A stretch of 64,000 nucleotides of DNA, from contig JAZQQK010000034.1 of NCBI GenBank assembly GCA_045629065.1, forward strand, positions 31,728 to 95,727, read 5' to 3'. This stretch comes from Anaerovoracaceae bacterium. GTDB lineage: Bacteria; Bacillota; Clostridia; Peptostreptococcales; Anaerovoracaceae. Positions 45,888 to 56,547 of this stretch are shown piece after piece. The notes beneath the pieces are model-generated. The model was given only the letters and a program-made list of their open reading frames with translations. It was not told the origin of the DNA and made no database searches. The position numbers were made by a program, and so were the translations under genes. The first letter of the stretch is position 1. Each line of letters opens with the position of its first letter.

Positions 45888-46482
45888 ATAGGTTGTGTTC
45901 CTTAATATACTCAAATACACTCGGATCAAGCAATTTTTCGGCATCATTGCCGGTAGAAATTGCGTTTCTGACTTCTGTTGCTGATAAATATAGCATTGTT
46001 GACAGTAAAATAGTTATGTCAGCACAGTACAAATTTCTATATTTACTAATGGACTTATGAAGTTCGTCATTTTCATATCCAGGTCTTGAACTAACCGCAA
46101 AACTAAAGCTCCTTAATAGTTCTTCTCCTTTATACCATCTATCTAGAGTTAACATTGAGTCTGCTCCCATAATGAATATTATGTTAGAACCCTCATATTC
46201 TTCTTCTAGATGGATTAAAGTATTATATGTATATGAAATATCGTTTTTATCAATTTCATATGTAGAAACCTCAATTTTTGGCTCATAAGAAAAAGCTAAT
46301 TTGAGCATTTCTACCCTATCTTCCGCACTTGCCGGTTTCCTATCCAATTTAAAAGGCTGGATACCTGCTGGCATTAAAATAAGTTTATTAAGTTGTAGTT
46401 CAGAGAGAGCCGCATTTGCTAATGCTATATGTCCGTTATGTACAGGATCAAAGCTCCCTCCTAAAACACCTATTTTACTCAT
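45880..46482 (-). CDS. nadD: Nicotinate-nucleotide adenylyltransferase
   Basis: GGSFDPVHNGH, 200 aa. Confidence 0.9.
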   Translation of the reverse strand: MSKIGVLGGSFDPVHNGHIALANAALSELQLNKLILMPAGIQPFKLDRKPASAEDRVEMLKLAFSYEPKIEVSTYEIDKNDISYTYNTLIHLEEEYEGSNIIFIMGADSMLTLDRWYKGEELLRSFSFAVSSRPGYENDELHKSISKYRNLYCADITILLSTMLYLSATEVRNAISTGNDAEKLLDPSVFEYIKEHNLYV

Positions 46483-48245
46483 TATTTTGTTTCAATTCCT
46501 AATTCTTCAAGCTGACTATCATCAACTACTGATGGAGCATTAGATACTAAGCATTGAGCATTCTGATTCTTAGGGAACGCAATGACTTCACGTATTGAAG
46601 GCTCTCCTAAGAGCAACATTACGAATCTATCTAAGCCGTAAGCAAGACCTGCATGAGGAGGTGCGCCATACTTGAATGCTTCAAGCAAGAAGCCAAACTT
46701 AGCATCGCATTGTTCTTTAGTTAATCCTAAGACTTCAAACATCTTAGACTGGAGATTTCTATCGTGAATACGAACTGAACCGCCACCTAATTCAACACCG
46801 TTTAATACGATATCATATGCATCTGCTCTAACTGCAAGCGGATCTGTGTCAAGCATTGGAATATCTTCTTCTTTTGGATGTGTGAATGGATGGTGCATAG
46901 CCTTTAATGAACCATCTTCCTCATCTTCTTCAAACATCGGGAAGTCTACAACCCATAATAAGTTGTATTGCTTGTCGTTTAATAATCCCATCTGTCTAGC
47001 GCAGTCTCTACGTAAGAAACCTAAGCTATCGTATGTAACTTTTGCTTTATCTGAAACGATAAGGATTAAATCGCCCTTCTTAGCATCGAAAACTTTTGCG
47101 ATTTCAGCTAATTGTTCTTGATTAAAGAACTTATTTACTGAGGAAGTGATTTCACCCTCATTCATTCTTATCCATACTAAACCCTTAGCTCCGAAAGCCT
47201 TGATGGATTCAGTCATCTTGTCGATATCTTTACGGCTGAATCTTTCTGAACCGCCTTCGATGCAGATACCTCTGACATCGCCCTTATTAGCTAAACAATC
47301 AGTAAATACCTTAAATTCGCAATCCTTTACCACATCATTTAACTTCTTTAATTCAAAGCCAAAACGCGTATCTGGTTTATCAGAACCGTATCTTTCCATT
47401 GCCTCATCCCAAGTCATTCTTGGAAGTGGAAGTTTGATATCTACATCAAGTAAATCCTTGAATACCTTCTTTAAGAAACCTTCTTGAATTTCAAGAACCA
47501 TTTCTTGATCTACGAAAGACATTTCAAGGTCGATTTGTGTGAATTCAGGCTGACGATCAGCACGTAAGTCCTCATCTCTGAAGCACTTTACAATCTGCAT
47601 GTATCTATCTGTTCCGCCTACCATTAAGAGCTGCTTGAAGAGCTGTGGGCTCTGTGGTAAAGCATAGAATTGCCCAGGATATACTCTTGAAGGAACGATA
47701 TAGTCACGAGCGCCTTCTGGAGTGGATTTGATAAGCATTGGAGTTTCAACTTCAGTGAAACCATTAGCATCAAAGTAATCTCTAGCAACCTTGCAAACCT
47801 TATGACGGAATGTGAGGTTTCTTTGCATTTTAGTCTTACGTAAGTCTAAGTATCTATACTTCATTCTAAGTTGGTCATCAACATTGTCATCATCTTTGAT
47901 GTAGATTGGAGGTGTATCAGCAGATGAATACAAAACTAAATCTGTAGCAAAGACTTCAATTTCGCCTGTTGCGAGATTAGGATTCTTAGCTGATCTTTCT
48001 TTTACAACACCCTTGATACCAACAACATATTCTGTTCTTAAACTTTCTGCTAAGTCAAAAACTTCTTTTGAACAAGTATCGTCAAATGTAACTTGAACTA
48101 TGCCAGTTTTATCTCTCAAATCAACGAAAATGAGTCCGCCGAGTCTTCTTTGCTTAGCAACCCAACCGTTTAATACAACGTTTTCGCCAACGTTTTTAAT
48201 GTTTAATGTTCCGCACATACCAGTGCGTTTTAATACTTCGCTCAT
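46482..48245 (-). CDS. aspS: Aspartate--tRNA ligase
   Basis: OB anticodon-binding domain and class II motifs, including FRDEDLRADRQPEFTQID. 587 aa. Confidence 0.97.
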   Translation of the reverse strand: MSEVLKRTGMCGTLNIKNVGENVVLNGWVAKQRRLGGLIFVDLRDKTGIVQVTFDDTCSKEVFDLAESLRTEYVVGIKGVVKERSAKNPNLATGEIEVFATDLVLYSSADTPPIYIKDDDNVDDQLRMKYRYLDLRKTKMQRNLTFRHKVCKVARDYFDANGFTEVETPMLIKSTPEGARDYIVPSRVYPGQFYALPQSPQLFKQLLMVGGTDRYMQIVKCFRDEDLRADRQPEFTQIDLEMSFVDQEMVLEIQEGFLKKVFKDLLDVDIKLPLPRMTWDEAMERYGSDKPDTRFGFELKKLNDVVKDCEFKVFTDCLANKGDVRGICIEGGSERFSRKDIDKMTESIKAFGAKGLVWIRMNEGEITSSVNKFFNQEQLAEIAKVFDAKKGDLILIVSDKAKVTYDSLGFLRRDCARQMGLLNDKQYNLLWVVDFPMFEEDEEDGSLKAMHHPFTHPKEEDIPMLDTDPLAVRADAYDIVLNGVELGGGSVRIHDRNLQSKMFEVLGLTKEQCDAKFGFLLEAFKYGAPPHAGLAYGLDRFVMLLLGEPSIREVIAFPKNQNAQCLVSNAPSVVDDSQLEELGIETK

Positions 48246-48248
48246 TTT

Positions 48249-49496
48249 CTAAATCTCCCTAACTAAATCTTCAAATTTAATAGTTTTTTGATCGCCAGTT
48301 ACCATGTTTTTTAGTGTAACCTCGCCCTTTGCGAGCTCATCATCACCGATTACGATAGTAAACTTAGCCTTTTGCCTATCGGCATATTTAAACTGTCCCT
48401 TGAAGTTTCTTTGGAGGCAGTCCATTTGTACTTTTTTACCCTGCTTTCTTAAGTCGGACATAAGCTTCTGACCGTAGAGTTTAGCAGGTTCACCCATAAC
48501 TGCGATGAATATATCGCAACCAGTTGGTTCTGGTATTTCGACTCCAGAGGCCTCAAGAAGCATCAGCAATCTTTCTTTACCAAGTCCAAATCCGACACCC
48601 GGCGTAGCAGGTCCTCCGACTTCTTCTACTAAGTTATCGTATCTCCCACCACCGCAAACCGTACCTTGTGCGCCGAGCGATGTAGTTACGAACTCAAAAG
48701 CAGTTTTAGTGTAGTAATCAAGACCTCTTACGATACCAGGATTTACTACATACTTGATACCCATAGCATCTAGATTTTTCTTTAAATCATCAAAGCTTGC
48801 TTTGCAGTCATCGCAGAGAAAATCAATCATCATTGGTGCCCCTTCAACAAGCTTTTTGCAAACTGGGGATTTACAGTCGAGAATTCTCATTGGATTCTTA
48901 TCAAATCTAGTTTTACAAGTATCGCAGAGTTCATCATACTTTGGTTTTAAGAACTCTTTTAGCGCTGCTCTATGTTTTGCCCTACAAGTTGGGCATCCAA
49001 CTGAATTGATTTCTAGCTGTAGATCTTTAACGCCTAATGAATTTAAGAATTCATCGGCTAAAGCAATTATTTCGGCATCAGCTATCATATTTGGCGTTCC
49101 AAAAGTTTCAACACCGAATTGATGGAATTCTCTTAATCTGCCTGATTGAGGCTTCTCATATCTAAAACAAGGAATATCATAATATAACTTTGTGGGTTGA
49201 ACTTCAGCATATACATTGTGTTCAACATAAGCTCTTACTGCTGGTGAAGTCCCTTCGGGTTTAAGAGTAATTGATCTCTTACCCATATCTTCAAAGGTGT
49301 ACATTTCTTTTTGAACAACGTCTGTTGTATCACCTATACCTCTTTGGAAAAGTTCTGTGTGTTCGAATATTGGAGTTCTGACTTCTTTAAAGCCATAACG
49401 TTCACAAATATCTCGCCATTTATTTTCGATGTAGTGCCATTTATACACCTCATAAGGCATTATGTCTTTTGTTCCCTTAGGTGCGTTAGTAAGCAT
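48249..49496 (-). CDS. hisS: Histidine--tRNA ligase
   Basis: Class II core with CGGGRYD. 415 aa. Confidence 0.95.
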   Translation of the reverse strand: MLTNAPKGTKDIMPYEVYKWHYIENKWRDICERYGFKEVRTPIFEHTELFQRGIGDTTDVVQKEMYTFEDMGKRSITLKPEGTSPAVRAYVEHNVYAEVQPTKLYYDIPCFRYEKPQSGRLREFHQFGVETFGTPNMIADAEIIALADEFLNSLGVKDLQLEINSVGCPTCRAKHRAALKEFLKPKYDELCDTCKTRFDKNPMRILDCKSPVCKKLVEGAPMMIDFLCDDCKASFDDLKKNLDAMGIKYVVNPGIVRGLDYYTKTAFEFVTTSLGAQGTVCGGGRYDNLVEEVGGPATPGVGFGLGKERLLMLLEASGVEIPEPTGCDIFIAVMGEPAKLYGQKLMSDLRKQGKKVQMDCLQRNFKGQFKYADRQKAKFTIVIGDDELAKGEVTLKNMVTGDQKTIKFEDLVREI

Positions 49497-50850
49497 TTTC
49501 TACCTCCTTGAAAAATTGTTCTTCTTTACGATTTATCATCTCATCGATTCTATCGATGTAAACTTCATAATTTGAAACATTCGCTACTCTTTCTAAACGG
49601 TTTTCCTTATCAAAGTATATTTTTGAAATTCCGCCTGCACCTAAAGCTAAAATGCTTTGGCGCTCATCCATTATGCGAATATTATATATGCAAGGCGTGT
49701 CATCCTTTGACCAGCCTACATTTTCAAAGTTTCCGGCCATATTTTTTAAACGATAAAGATAGTATGGCCTGTAGCCTTCCTTCCTGAGCTTAAAATCTGC
49801 GTTTTGAAGCATCTTTTTAACGTTTTCGGCCTGTTTTATGTTTAGATCCGAATCTTCTTCTATGAGCCTTGAAGCGCGTTTCACAGCTAATGTATGAACT
49901 GTGATGTTTTTAGGCTTTAATGCTAAAACCTGATTTAAAGTATTGTCAAAGTCTTCACAATTCTCTTCAGGCAAACCTGCTATTAAATCACAATTTATTG
50001 TTTGAATTCCAACATCATTTGCAATCTCAAAAGCATTTAATATGTCTGATGGTTTATGTGAACGACCTATCAGTTCAAGTGTTCGTTCTTTCATGGATTG
50101 TGGATTAATAGATATTCTTTCAATCCCATGATTTTTTATTACTTTAATCTTATCAAGAGTAATGGTGTCTGGTCTTCCAGCTTCAACCGTAAACTCTCTT
50201 AAATAGCTTAAATCAATGTTATTCTCTACAGTTGTGATCAATTCATCTAAAAGTTTTGCATTTAGTGTTGTTGGAGTGCCTCCTCCGATATAAATTGATT
50301 CAACTGTTAAATTCGTTTCTTTTAATCTCTTACCCACATAGGCAATTTCTTTATATAAGGCTTGAAGATACTTAATAATTTCAGATTCGGGCTTTTGATT
50401 AGATGTAAAGCTACAGTATAGACATCTTGTTGGGCAGAATGGAATTCCTATATAAAGTCCAACGGTACGATTATTCGCTTTACCAAGAATATCTTCTTGA
50501 TATTTAGCTATCTCAATTATCAAATTAGCCTTTTCATCAGAAATGTAATACTTGTTTTTTAAGATTTCTTTTGCTTCATTAACTTTATCTTTGCCTTCAA
50601 ATCCTTGAGCTTCAAGCTCTTTGAATAATTCGCGAATCATTTTAACTGGTTTTACACCAGTTTGAATACCCCAGGCAGGTCTAATTCCAGTTATGGGTGA
50701 AAGTTCATCAAAGATTTTCCTTTTTAATGTTTCTTTGTCAATATCTATATCGTCAGTTACAATAACAGAATACTCGCCAGAAGGTAAAAACACTCTAACG
50801 AGTTCCTCGACATTATTTCTTAAACTTTTAGGAATCTTAACCTCGTACAA
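49486..50850 (-). CDS. HemN/HemZ-like radical SAM protein (oxygen-independent coproporphyrinogen oxidase family)
   Basis: CPTRCLYCSF cluster motif and the HemN-type layout. 454 aa. Confidence 0.7.
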   Translation of the reverse strand: MYEVKIPKSLRNNVEELVRVFLPSGEYSVIVTDDIDIDKETLKRKIFDELSPITGIRPAWGIQTGVKPVKMIRELFKELEAQGFEGKDKVNEAKEILKNKYYISDEKANLIIEIAKYQEDILGKANNRTVGLYIGIPFCPTRCLYCSFTSNQKPESEIIKYLQALYKEIAYVGKRLKETNLTVESIYIGGGTPTTLNAKLLDELITTVENNIDLSYLREFTVEAGRPDTITLDKIKVIKNHGIERISINPQSMKERTLELIGRSHKPSDILNAFEIANDVGIQTINCDLIAGLPEENCEDFDNTLNQVLALKPKNITVHTLAVKRASRLIEEDSDLNIKQAENVKKMLQNADFKLRKEGYRPYYLYRLKNMAGNFENVGWSKDDTPCIYNIRIMDERQSILALGAGGISKIYFDKENRLERVANVSNYEVYIDRIDEMINRKEEQFFKEVENAY

Positions 50851-51463
50851 ATGGGTTCTCCTTCTTTTCTAAACCTATATTTGAAAAGGAATCGTGACCT
50901 GGTAAAACAATTGTGTCATCAGGTAAATTAAATAGTTTGTTTTGTATAGATTTTAGTAGTTGGTTCATGTCTCCACCATAAAAATCGGTTCTTCCAACAG
51001 ATAAGTGGAAAAGTGTATCTCCAGTGAATACATAACCTTTTGTGTAAATACTCATTCCACCTTTTGTGTGCCCAGGCGTAGATATAAACTCTAAATCAAT
51101 ATTTCCAACTTTTAAGTGGTCGCCATGATTTACTAAAATATCAGGATTTACGATAACATCGTGTCCAAACATGCCAAATGAGTAGTTTATGTCAGGATTC
51201 ATTAACATTTCAACTTCTTTTTCGCTAGCAACGATTTTAGCATCCGGAAAAGTATCTTTACATTTTTGAACCCCACCGATATGATCGCCGTGTCCATGAG
51301 TCAAAACAATGTAATTAATGTGAATATTGTTTTGATTAATATCTTTTGTGATGTATGGATAATAATCGCCGGGATCGACTATAAAGCCTTCATTGGTATC
51401 TTCATCGTATGCGATATATGTATTGACCTCTATCGGTCCTGTTACATAGTGTAAAAATTTCAT
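50837..51463 (-). CDS. MBL-fold metallo-hydrolase
   Basis: THGHGDHIGG. 208 aa. Confidence 0.75.
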   Translation of the reverse strand: MKFLHYVTGPIEVNTYIAYDEDTNEGFIVDPGDYYPYITKDINQNNIHINYIVLTHGHGDHIGGVQKCKDTFPDAKIVASEKEVEMLMNPDINYSFGMFGHDVIVNPDILVNHGDHLKVGNIDLEFISTPGHTKGGMSIYTKGYVFTGDTLFHLSVGRTDFYGGDMNQLLKSIQNKLFNLPDDTIVLPGHDSFSNIGLEKKENPFVRG

Positions 51464-51465
51464 AA

Positions 51466-51915
51466 TTAAAATAATTTCCTGCTATCTAAGAGAATTGTTA
51501 CTGGACCATCGTTATTAATTCTTATCAACATTTCAGCTTGAAAAACACCTTCTTCAACTTGAATACCAGTTGACCTAACTTTCTCATTGAACTCTTTATA
51601 AAGGCGTTTTGCTTCATCTGGAGGTGCTGCCTTGGTGAATGAAGGGCGATTCCCTTTTCTAACATCACCTAGGAGTGTGAACTGAGAGATGCTAAGAACT
51701 GAGCCATTAACATCAGCTAATGAAAGGTTCATCTTGTCATCTGAATCCTCAAAAACGCGTAATTGAGTTACTTTCTTTATAATGTAGTCTAAGTCTGCTT
51801 CGGTGTCTCCTTCTTCAACTCCAAGCAGAACCACAAAGCCCTTACTAATTGCACCTGTTATTTTATTATCAACTGTGCAATCCGCATCAGTAACTCTTTG
51901 AACAACAGCTCTCAT
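51466..51915 (-). CDS. dtd: D-aminoacyl-tRNA deacylase
   Basis: SQFTLLGD and NDGPVT motifs. 149 aa. Confidence 0.93.
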   Translation of the reverse strand: MRAVVQRVTDADCTVDNKITGAISKGFVVLLGVEEGDTEADLDYIIKKVTQLRVFEDSDDKMNLSLADVNGSVLSISQFTLLGDVRKGNRPSFTKAAPPDEAKRLYKEFNEKVRSTGIQVEEGVFQAEMLIRINNDGPVTILLDSRKLF

Positions 51916-54119
51916 TATACCCTCGCTCTATAAACATCTATTACGCCTTCAACAGCCCTTAAACTTCTAAAAACTTTTTCCATCTGCTGAGTTGATGAAA
52001 TGGATAGCGTAATTGTCATATTAGCAATACCTTCTTTATTAACCTTTGCATTTACGCCTGAAAGGTTAACATCTAAATCTTCACAAGTTCTTGAAATATC
52101 CGAGAGAATTCCACGTCTATCTTTACAGATAAGGTTAATATCTGTTTCGTATGACTTTCCACCCTCTTTTTCTTCCCATGTGACATCTATAAAACGTGCT
52201 TTTTCCTGCTCTGGCATTGCTAAAATATTGGAACAATCATATCTATGAACTGAAATGCCACGACCTTTTGTGATGAATCCTATTATTTCATCACCAGGAA
52301 CAGGGTTACAGCATCTTGCAATTTTTATCATTAGATTGTCATAACCTTTAACAGTGATGCCTGGGTTATCACGTCTATGTTTTTCTATTCTTTGTCTCTT
52401 GATTTCGTTATCTTTTACGGCTTCGATAACTTCCTCGTTAGACTTAGGCATTTCGGCCTTAATTTTTTCTTCATGATAGCTAATTAATAAATTAGCAAAT
52501 TTAGAAAGAACTGAGCCACCGTTTGCAATTTGAGTGAAGCCCTCATCTGAATTGGTGAACTTCATCTCTTTCATAGCTCGATTTATGAATTCGGCCTTTG
52601 CAATTAGAGCAGTATCAAAACCTTTCTTACGAATTGCCTTATCAAGCATATCCTTGCCCTTATCAATAGTATCAGAACGGTTTTCTTTCTTTAACCATTG
52701 ACGGATCTTGTTTCTAGCTCCAGATGTTTTTGCAATGAGTAGCCAGTCAACAGATGGACCATTAGAATTTGATGATGTAACAATCTCTACAATGTCTCCA
52801 TTGCAAAGCTTGTAATCAATAGGAACCATTCGGTTGTTAACCTTAGCACCTACGCATTTATAACCTACTGCAGAGTGAATCTTAAACGCAAAGTCCAAAG
52901 GTGTTGAACCATTAGGAAGTTCTATTACTTCTCCGCGTGGTGTGAATACGAATACCTGACTTGCAAATAAGTCTACTTTCATCGACTCTAAGAACTCTTT
53001 AGGGTCGTTTACGTCTTTTTCAAGTTCGAGTGATTGTCTAAGCCAAGCGAGTTTAAGATCATCTAATGATTGAGACCCTTTATCGTCGCCTTCTTTATAC
53101 TTCCAGTGTGCAGCAATACCATATTCAGCAACTCTATGCATCTCCTTAGTTCTTATCTGAATTTCAAAAGGTTCGCCATTATCACTTATGACCGTAGTAT
53201 GTAAAGACTGATACATATTAGGTTTTGGCATAGCTATGAAATCTTTGAATCTGCCAGGAATAGGAGTCCAAAGTTCATGAACAGCACCCAGAACCGCATA
53301 GCAATCTCTAATTGAATCAACGATAACTCTGACGGCTATGAGGTCAAAAAGTTCATCAATCTGCTTGTGTTGAGTTAGCATTTTTCTATAAATTGAATAG
53401 TAATGCTTTGCTCTGCCGTAAATATCATATTCTAAATTCATGGTCTTGAGAGATTCTTTGATATGTTCGATAACGGCATTGATAGTGCTCTCTCTTTCCG
53501 CAGTTTTTTGTGAAACTTTTACAACCAAATCTTTGAATTCTTCAGGATGAAGATATCTTAAAGCCAAATCTTCGAGTTCGAACTTTACTCTGTAGATTCC
53601 TAATCTTCCGGCTAAAGGTGCATAAATTTCAAGAGTCTCAGCACACTTTTCTTGGATTTTTTCAGGCTTCATATACTCCATAGTTCTCATGTTATGAAGT
53701 CTATCCGCAAGCTTAATGATAAGAACACGGATATCTTTTGACATGGCTAAGAACATCTTTCTGAAATTTTCTGCCTGGATTTCTTCCTTTGACTCGTACT
53801 TGATTGAACCGAGCTTTGTAACACCATCAACTAAGACAAGAATTTCATTATTAAAATCTCTTACTAAATCCTCTGGTGAGTAATCAGTATCTTCAATTAC
53901 ATCATGTAAAAGCCCACCGACGATTGTATGCTCGTCCATACCCATTTCAGCTAATATGAGTGCAACTTGAATTGGGTGAATGATATAAGGTTCTCCACTC
54001 TTTCTAAGTTGTCCCTCATGTTTAGCACTGGCGATGTCGAAAGCTTTTTCAATCATTTCAGTGTTGTACTTAGGATTAATATTCAGGATTTTGTCTAAAA
54101 ATTCTTGCTTAGTTAACAT
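51915..54119 (-). CDS. relA: Bifunctional (p)ppGpp synthetase/hydrolase Rel (RelA/SpoT homologue)
   Basis: HD hydrolase HDVIEDT, followed by synthetase, TGS and ACT regions. 734 aa. Confidence 0.95.
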   Translation of the reverse strand: MLTKQEFLDKILNINPKYNTEMIEKAFDIASAKHEGQLRKSGEPYIIHPIQVALILAEMGMDEHTIVGGLLHDVIEDTDYSPEDLVRDFNNEILVLVDGVTKLGSIKYESKEEIQAENFRKMFLAMSKDIRVLIIKLADRLHNMRTMEYMKPEKIQEKCAETLEIYAPLAGRLGIYRVKFELEDLALRYLHPEEFKDLVVKVSQKTAERESTINAVIEHIKESLKTMNLEYDIYGRAKHYYSIYRKMLTQHKQIDELFDLIAVRVIVDSIRDCYAVLGAVHELWTPIPGRFKDFIAMPKPNMYQSLHTTVISDNGEPFEIQIRTKEMHRVAEYGIAAHWKYKEGDDKGSQSLDDLKLAWLRQSLELEKDVNDPKEFLESMKVDLFASQVFVFTPRGEVIELPNGSTPLDFAFKIHSAVGYKCVGAKVNNRMVPIDYKLCNGDIVEIVTSSNSNGPSVDWLLIAKTSGARNKIRQWLKKENRSDTIDKGKDMLDKAIRKKGFDTALIAKAEFINRAMKEMKFTNSDEGFTQIANGGSVLSKFANLLISYHEEKIKAEMPKSNEEVIEAVKDNEIKRQRIEKHRRDNPGITVKGYDNLMIKIARCCNPVPGDEIIGFITKGRGISVHRYDCSNILAMPEQEKARFIDVTWEEKEGGKSYETDINLICKDRRGILSDISRTCEDLDVNLSGVNAKVNKEGIANMTITLSISSTQQMEKVFRSLRAVEGVIDVYRARV

Positions 54120-54130
54120 TTCTTAATAAA

Positions 54131-56356
54131 TTATTTGCTCTTCTTTGCGCTCTTTTGAGCTTTTTTAGCATCAGCTAAATACTTGGATTGTTCTTTTTTC
54201 TTATTAAAGTCATAGTATAAAGGTGTGCAGATGCAGATTGATGAGTAGCAACCTACGATTACGCCTACCATAAGTGGTACTATGAACTCAGAAATTGATG
54301 ATGAAACCATGACAAGAAGTGGAATCATTACAACGAGTGTTGTAAGTGATGTAACTGTTGTTCTGTTCAAAGTTTCATTGATAGCAGCATTCAAGTTTGT
54401 AAATGAATCTCTTCTTGGATTAAGTCTCTTAACTTCACGGCATCTATCGAATATAACGATAGTATCGTTGATGGAATAACCTACTAATGTAAGAATAGCA
54501 GCAATGAATGGGTTATTAACTGTATATCCAAAGATTGCATAGAATGCAATTACCATTAAAGCATCGTGTAATACTCCGATTACAGCGGCAAGACCGAACT
54601 TCCACTCTTTGAATCTGATGATTACATAGATAAGCATACCCAATGATGCTAATGCAATTGATTTAACTGCGTTAGCTTTTAATTCTTTACCAACTGTAGG
54701 ACCAAATTCTTCTGATGCAAGTACATCATCTTGAGTACACTTGAATGTCTTTGACAATGTATCGACAATTTCAACTCTCTCTTCGTTTTCAAGAGCATGA
54801 ATAGTCTTTATTTGAATTTGAGTATTTCCTTCACCAGTATAGATAATTGTTGGATCAAGCTTATAGCTATCTAAAGCTTTTTCTACTTCCTTGATATCTA
54901 CCTGCTCATGCATTTCGATTTGAATTGTAGTACCACCTGTAAAGTCAATACCATAATTCAGACCACCACATAATGTGATAACAAGACCAGCTACGATAAT
55001 AACTGATGAAATGATGTAGAATATCTTTCTTTTTCCAATAAAGTTGAGCTGTCTATGTAATATTGCTTTTGGAGTTCCATCAGCTTTGCAGCCAAAGAGT
55101 TTTACATTTGAAAGCTTCTTTGATGAAGCCATTAATGAAATGAAAAGCTGAGTAATGATTACGGCAGTAAAGATACTTAACACGATACCAATCATGAGTG
55201 TAACAGCGAAGCCCTTAACAACAGTAGTACCGATTTCGAAAAGAACTACTGCAGCAATCAATGTTGTAATCTGGGCATCGAGTACTGTTGCTACGGCGTT
55301 CTTGAATCCTGCATCTACAGCTACTCTGATTGACTTGCCTGCGCCGATTTCTTCTTTGATTCTGTCAAATATAATTACGTTAGCATCTACAGCCATACCT
55401 ATTGAAAGAATGAGAGCAGCGATTCCAGGGAGTGTAAGAACAATATTGAATGCTGCCATACCCCATACGAAGAGAACTACGTAAAGGATTAATGCGATGT
55501 CAGCAACAACGCCTAAAAGTCCAAAGAAAATGATCATTACTATGAATACGAGTAAAAGACCGATTCCGCCAGCTATGATTGACTTGTCTAACGCATTAGC
55601 ACCGATAGTAGCTGATTGAACGGATGATTGAACTTCAACTAAATCTACTGGAAGAGCACCGCCTCTGATGAGTGCAGCCTTTGTAGTAGCATCAGCTAAA
55701 GAGAAACCTCCAGTGATTTCGCAATTACCGCCAGGGATAACGCCTAAAACTCTTGGATGAGTGATAATAACATCGTCAAGAACAATAGCAATTTCATCAG
55801 CAGCGATTGCTTCGCTATCGTATGGAGTTAATGTTTTGTTGTATGCTTTTCTAGTAGCTTCTTCAAATAAAGCGGCACCAGAAGGATCTAATTCGAGAAG
55901 GATCTTATAAGCAGCACCATCTGTAGCTACTTGAGCATCTTTAACATATGAACCATCTAAAGCAACTGATCCGTCGCAAAGAACGAATAATAACTTAGCT
56001 GTAGTTCCGATAGATTCGATGGCCTTATTAGGATCATCATATCCTGGTAATTCAACTCTGATTCTGTTCTTTCCTTCAACTGCAACTGTAGCTTCAGAAA
56101 CACCGAGCTGATTTACACGGTTATTGATGACTTCTCTAGTTTGTTCCATCAATTCTTTTAATTCTTCATCACTAAGGCCTAAATCATCGGTTTGCGCTTC
56201 AAGTACTGCGTATACACCTCCGTTGATATCTAAGCCATATTTAATTTCGTCCTTAACGTTCTTTAAATCTCCAAGACCGTATAAGGAAACGAAGCAGCCA
56301 AATACTGTTACAAGTAACACTAAAATGACTAAAACTCGTTTAACACCTAAACTCAT
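54131..56356 (-). CDS. secDF: Protein translocase subunit SecDF (fused)
   Basis: 12-TM SecD+SecF fusion. The ATG at 56356 (MSLGVKRVL, SD GAGAGG) is preferred over the ORF-track start at 56410. Confidence 0.93.
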   Translation of the reverse strand: MSLGVKRVLVILVLLVTVFGCFVSLYGLGDLKNVKDEIKYGLDINGGVYAVLEAQTDDLGLSDEELKELMEQTREVINNRVNQLGVSEATVAVEGKNRIRVELPGYDDPNKAIESIGTTAKLLFVLCDGSVALDGSYVKDAQVATDGAAYKILLELDPSGAALFEEATRKAYNKTLTPYDSEAIAADEIAIVLDDVIITHPRVLGVIPGGNCEITGGFSLADATTKAALIRGGALPVDLVEVQSSVQSATIGANALDKSIIAGGIGLLLVFIVMIIFFGLLGVVADIALILYVVLFVWGMAAFNIVLTLPGIAALILSIGMAVDANVIIFDRIKEEIGAGKSIRVAVDAGFKNAVATVLDAQITTLIAAVVLFEIGTTVVKGFAVTLMIGIVLSIFTAVIITQLFISLMASSKKLSNVKLFGCKADGTPKAILHRQLNFIGKRKIFYIISSVIIVAGLVITLCGGLNYGIDFTGGTTIQIEMHEQVDIKEVEKALDSYKLDPTIIYTGEGNTQIQIKTIHALENEERVEIVDTLSKTFKCTQDDVLASEEFGPTVGKELKANAVKSIALASLGMLIYVIIRFKEWKFGLAAVIGVLHDALMVIAFYAIFGYTVNNPFIAAILTLVGYSINDTIVIFDRCREVKRLNPRRDSFTNLNAAINETLNRTTVTSLTTLVVMIPLLVMVSSSISEFIVPLMVGVIVGCYSSICICTPLYYDFNKKKEQSKYLADAKKAQKSAKKSK

Positions 56357-56395
56357 TTTTAAATAACCTCTCAATACATAAAATTTGTCGCGATT

Positions 56396-56424
56396 TATAG
56401 AATGCAACACTTAGGCATTCTATA
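56396..56424 (-). other. 10-bp stem-loop in the secDF 5' UTR
   Basis: TATAGAATGC - 9 nt - GCATTCTATA, a perfect inverted repeat about 40 nt upstream of the secDF start. Confidence 0.4.
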
Positions 56425-56430
56425 TTGTCA

Positions 56431-56459
56431 ATTTTACTACTTTCTACTATCTATTACAA
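56431..56459 (-). promoter_or_regulatory. Candidate sigma-A promoter for secDF
   Basis: Minus strand: TTGTAA (56454-56459), 17-nt spacer, TAAAAT (56431-56436). Confidence 0.4.
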
Positions 56460-56494
56460 GATTATATATGGTTATATATAGTATATTTTTTAAT

Positions 56495-56522
56495 ACAAAA
56501 AGACCCCGCAAATAGCGAGGTC
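56495..56522 (-). terminator. Intrinsic terminator after yajC
   Basis: Minus-strand GACCTCGC-tattt-GCGGGGTC (one G-U pair; a C-A mismatch on the plus strand) followed by TTTTTGT. Confidence 0.7.
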
Positions 56523-56547
56523 CTATTCTCTAGTTTAGATTGTAGAA

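Noticed and set aside
56426-56431. A perfect TTGACA upstream of secDF as the -35 element.
   Set aside because: No acceptable -10 lies 16-19 nt downstream (GTTGCA only). The TTGTAA-17-TAAAAT pair fits better, though it is still tentative.
56469-56516. 15-codon plus-strand mini-ORF (MVIYSIFFNTKRPRK) in the yajC-secDF intergenic region.
   Set aside because: It has no SD and overlaps the minus-strand yajC terminator. It is most likely chance.
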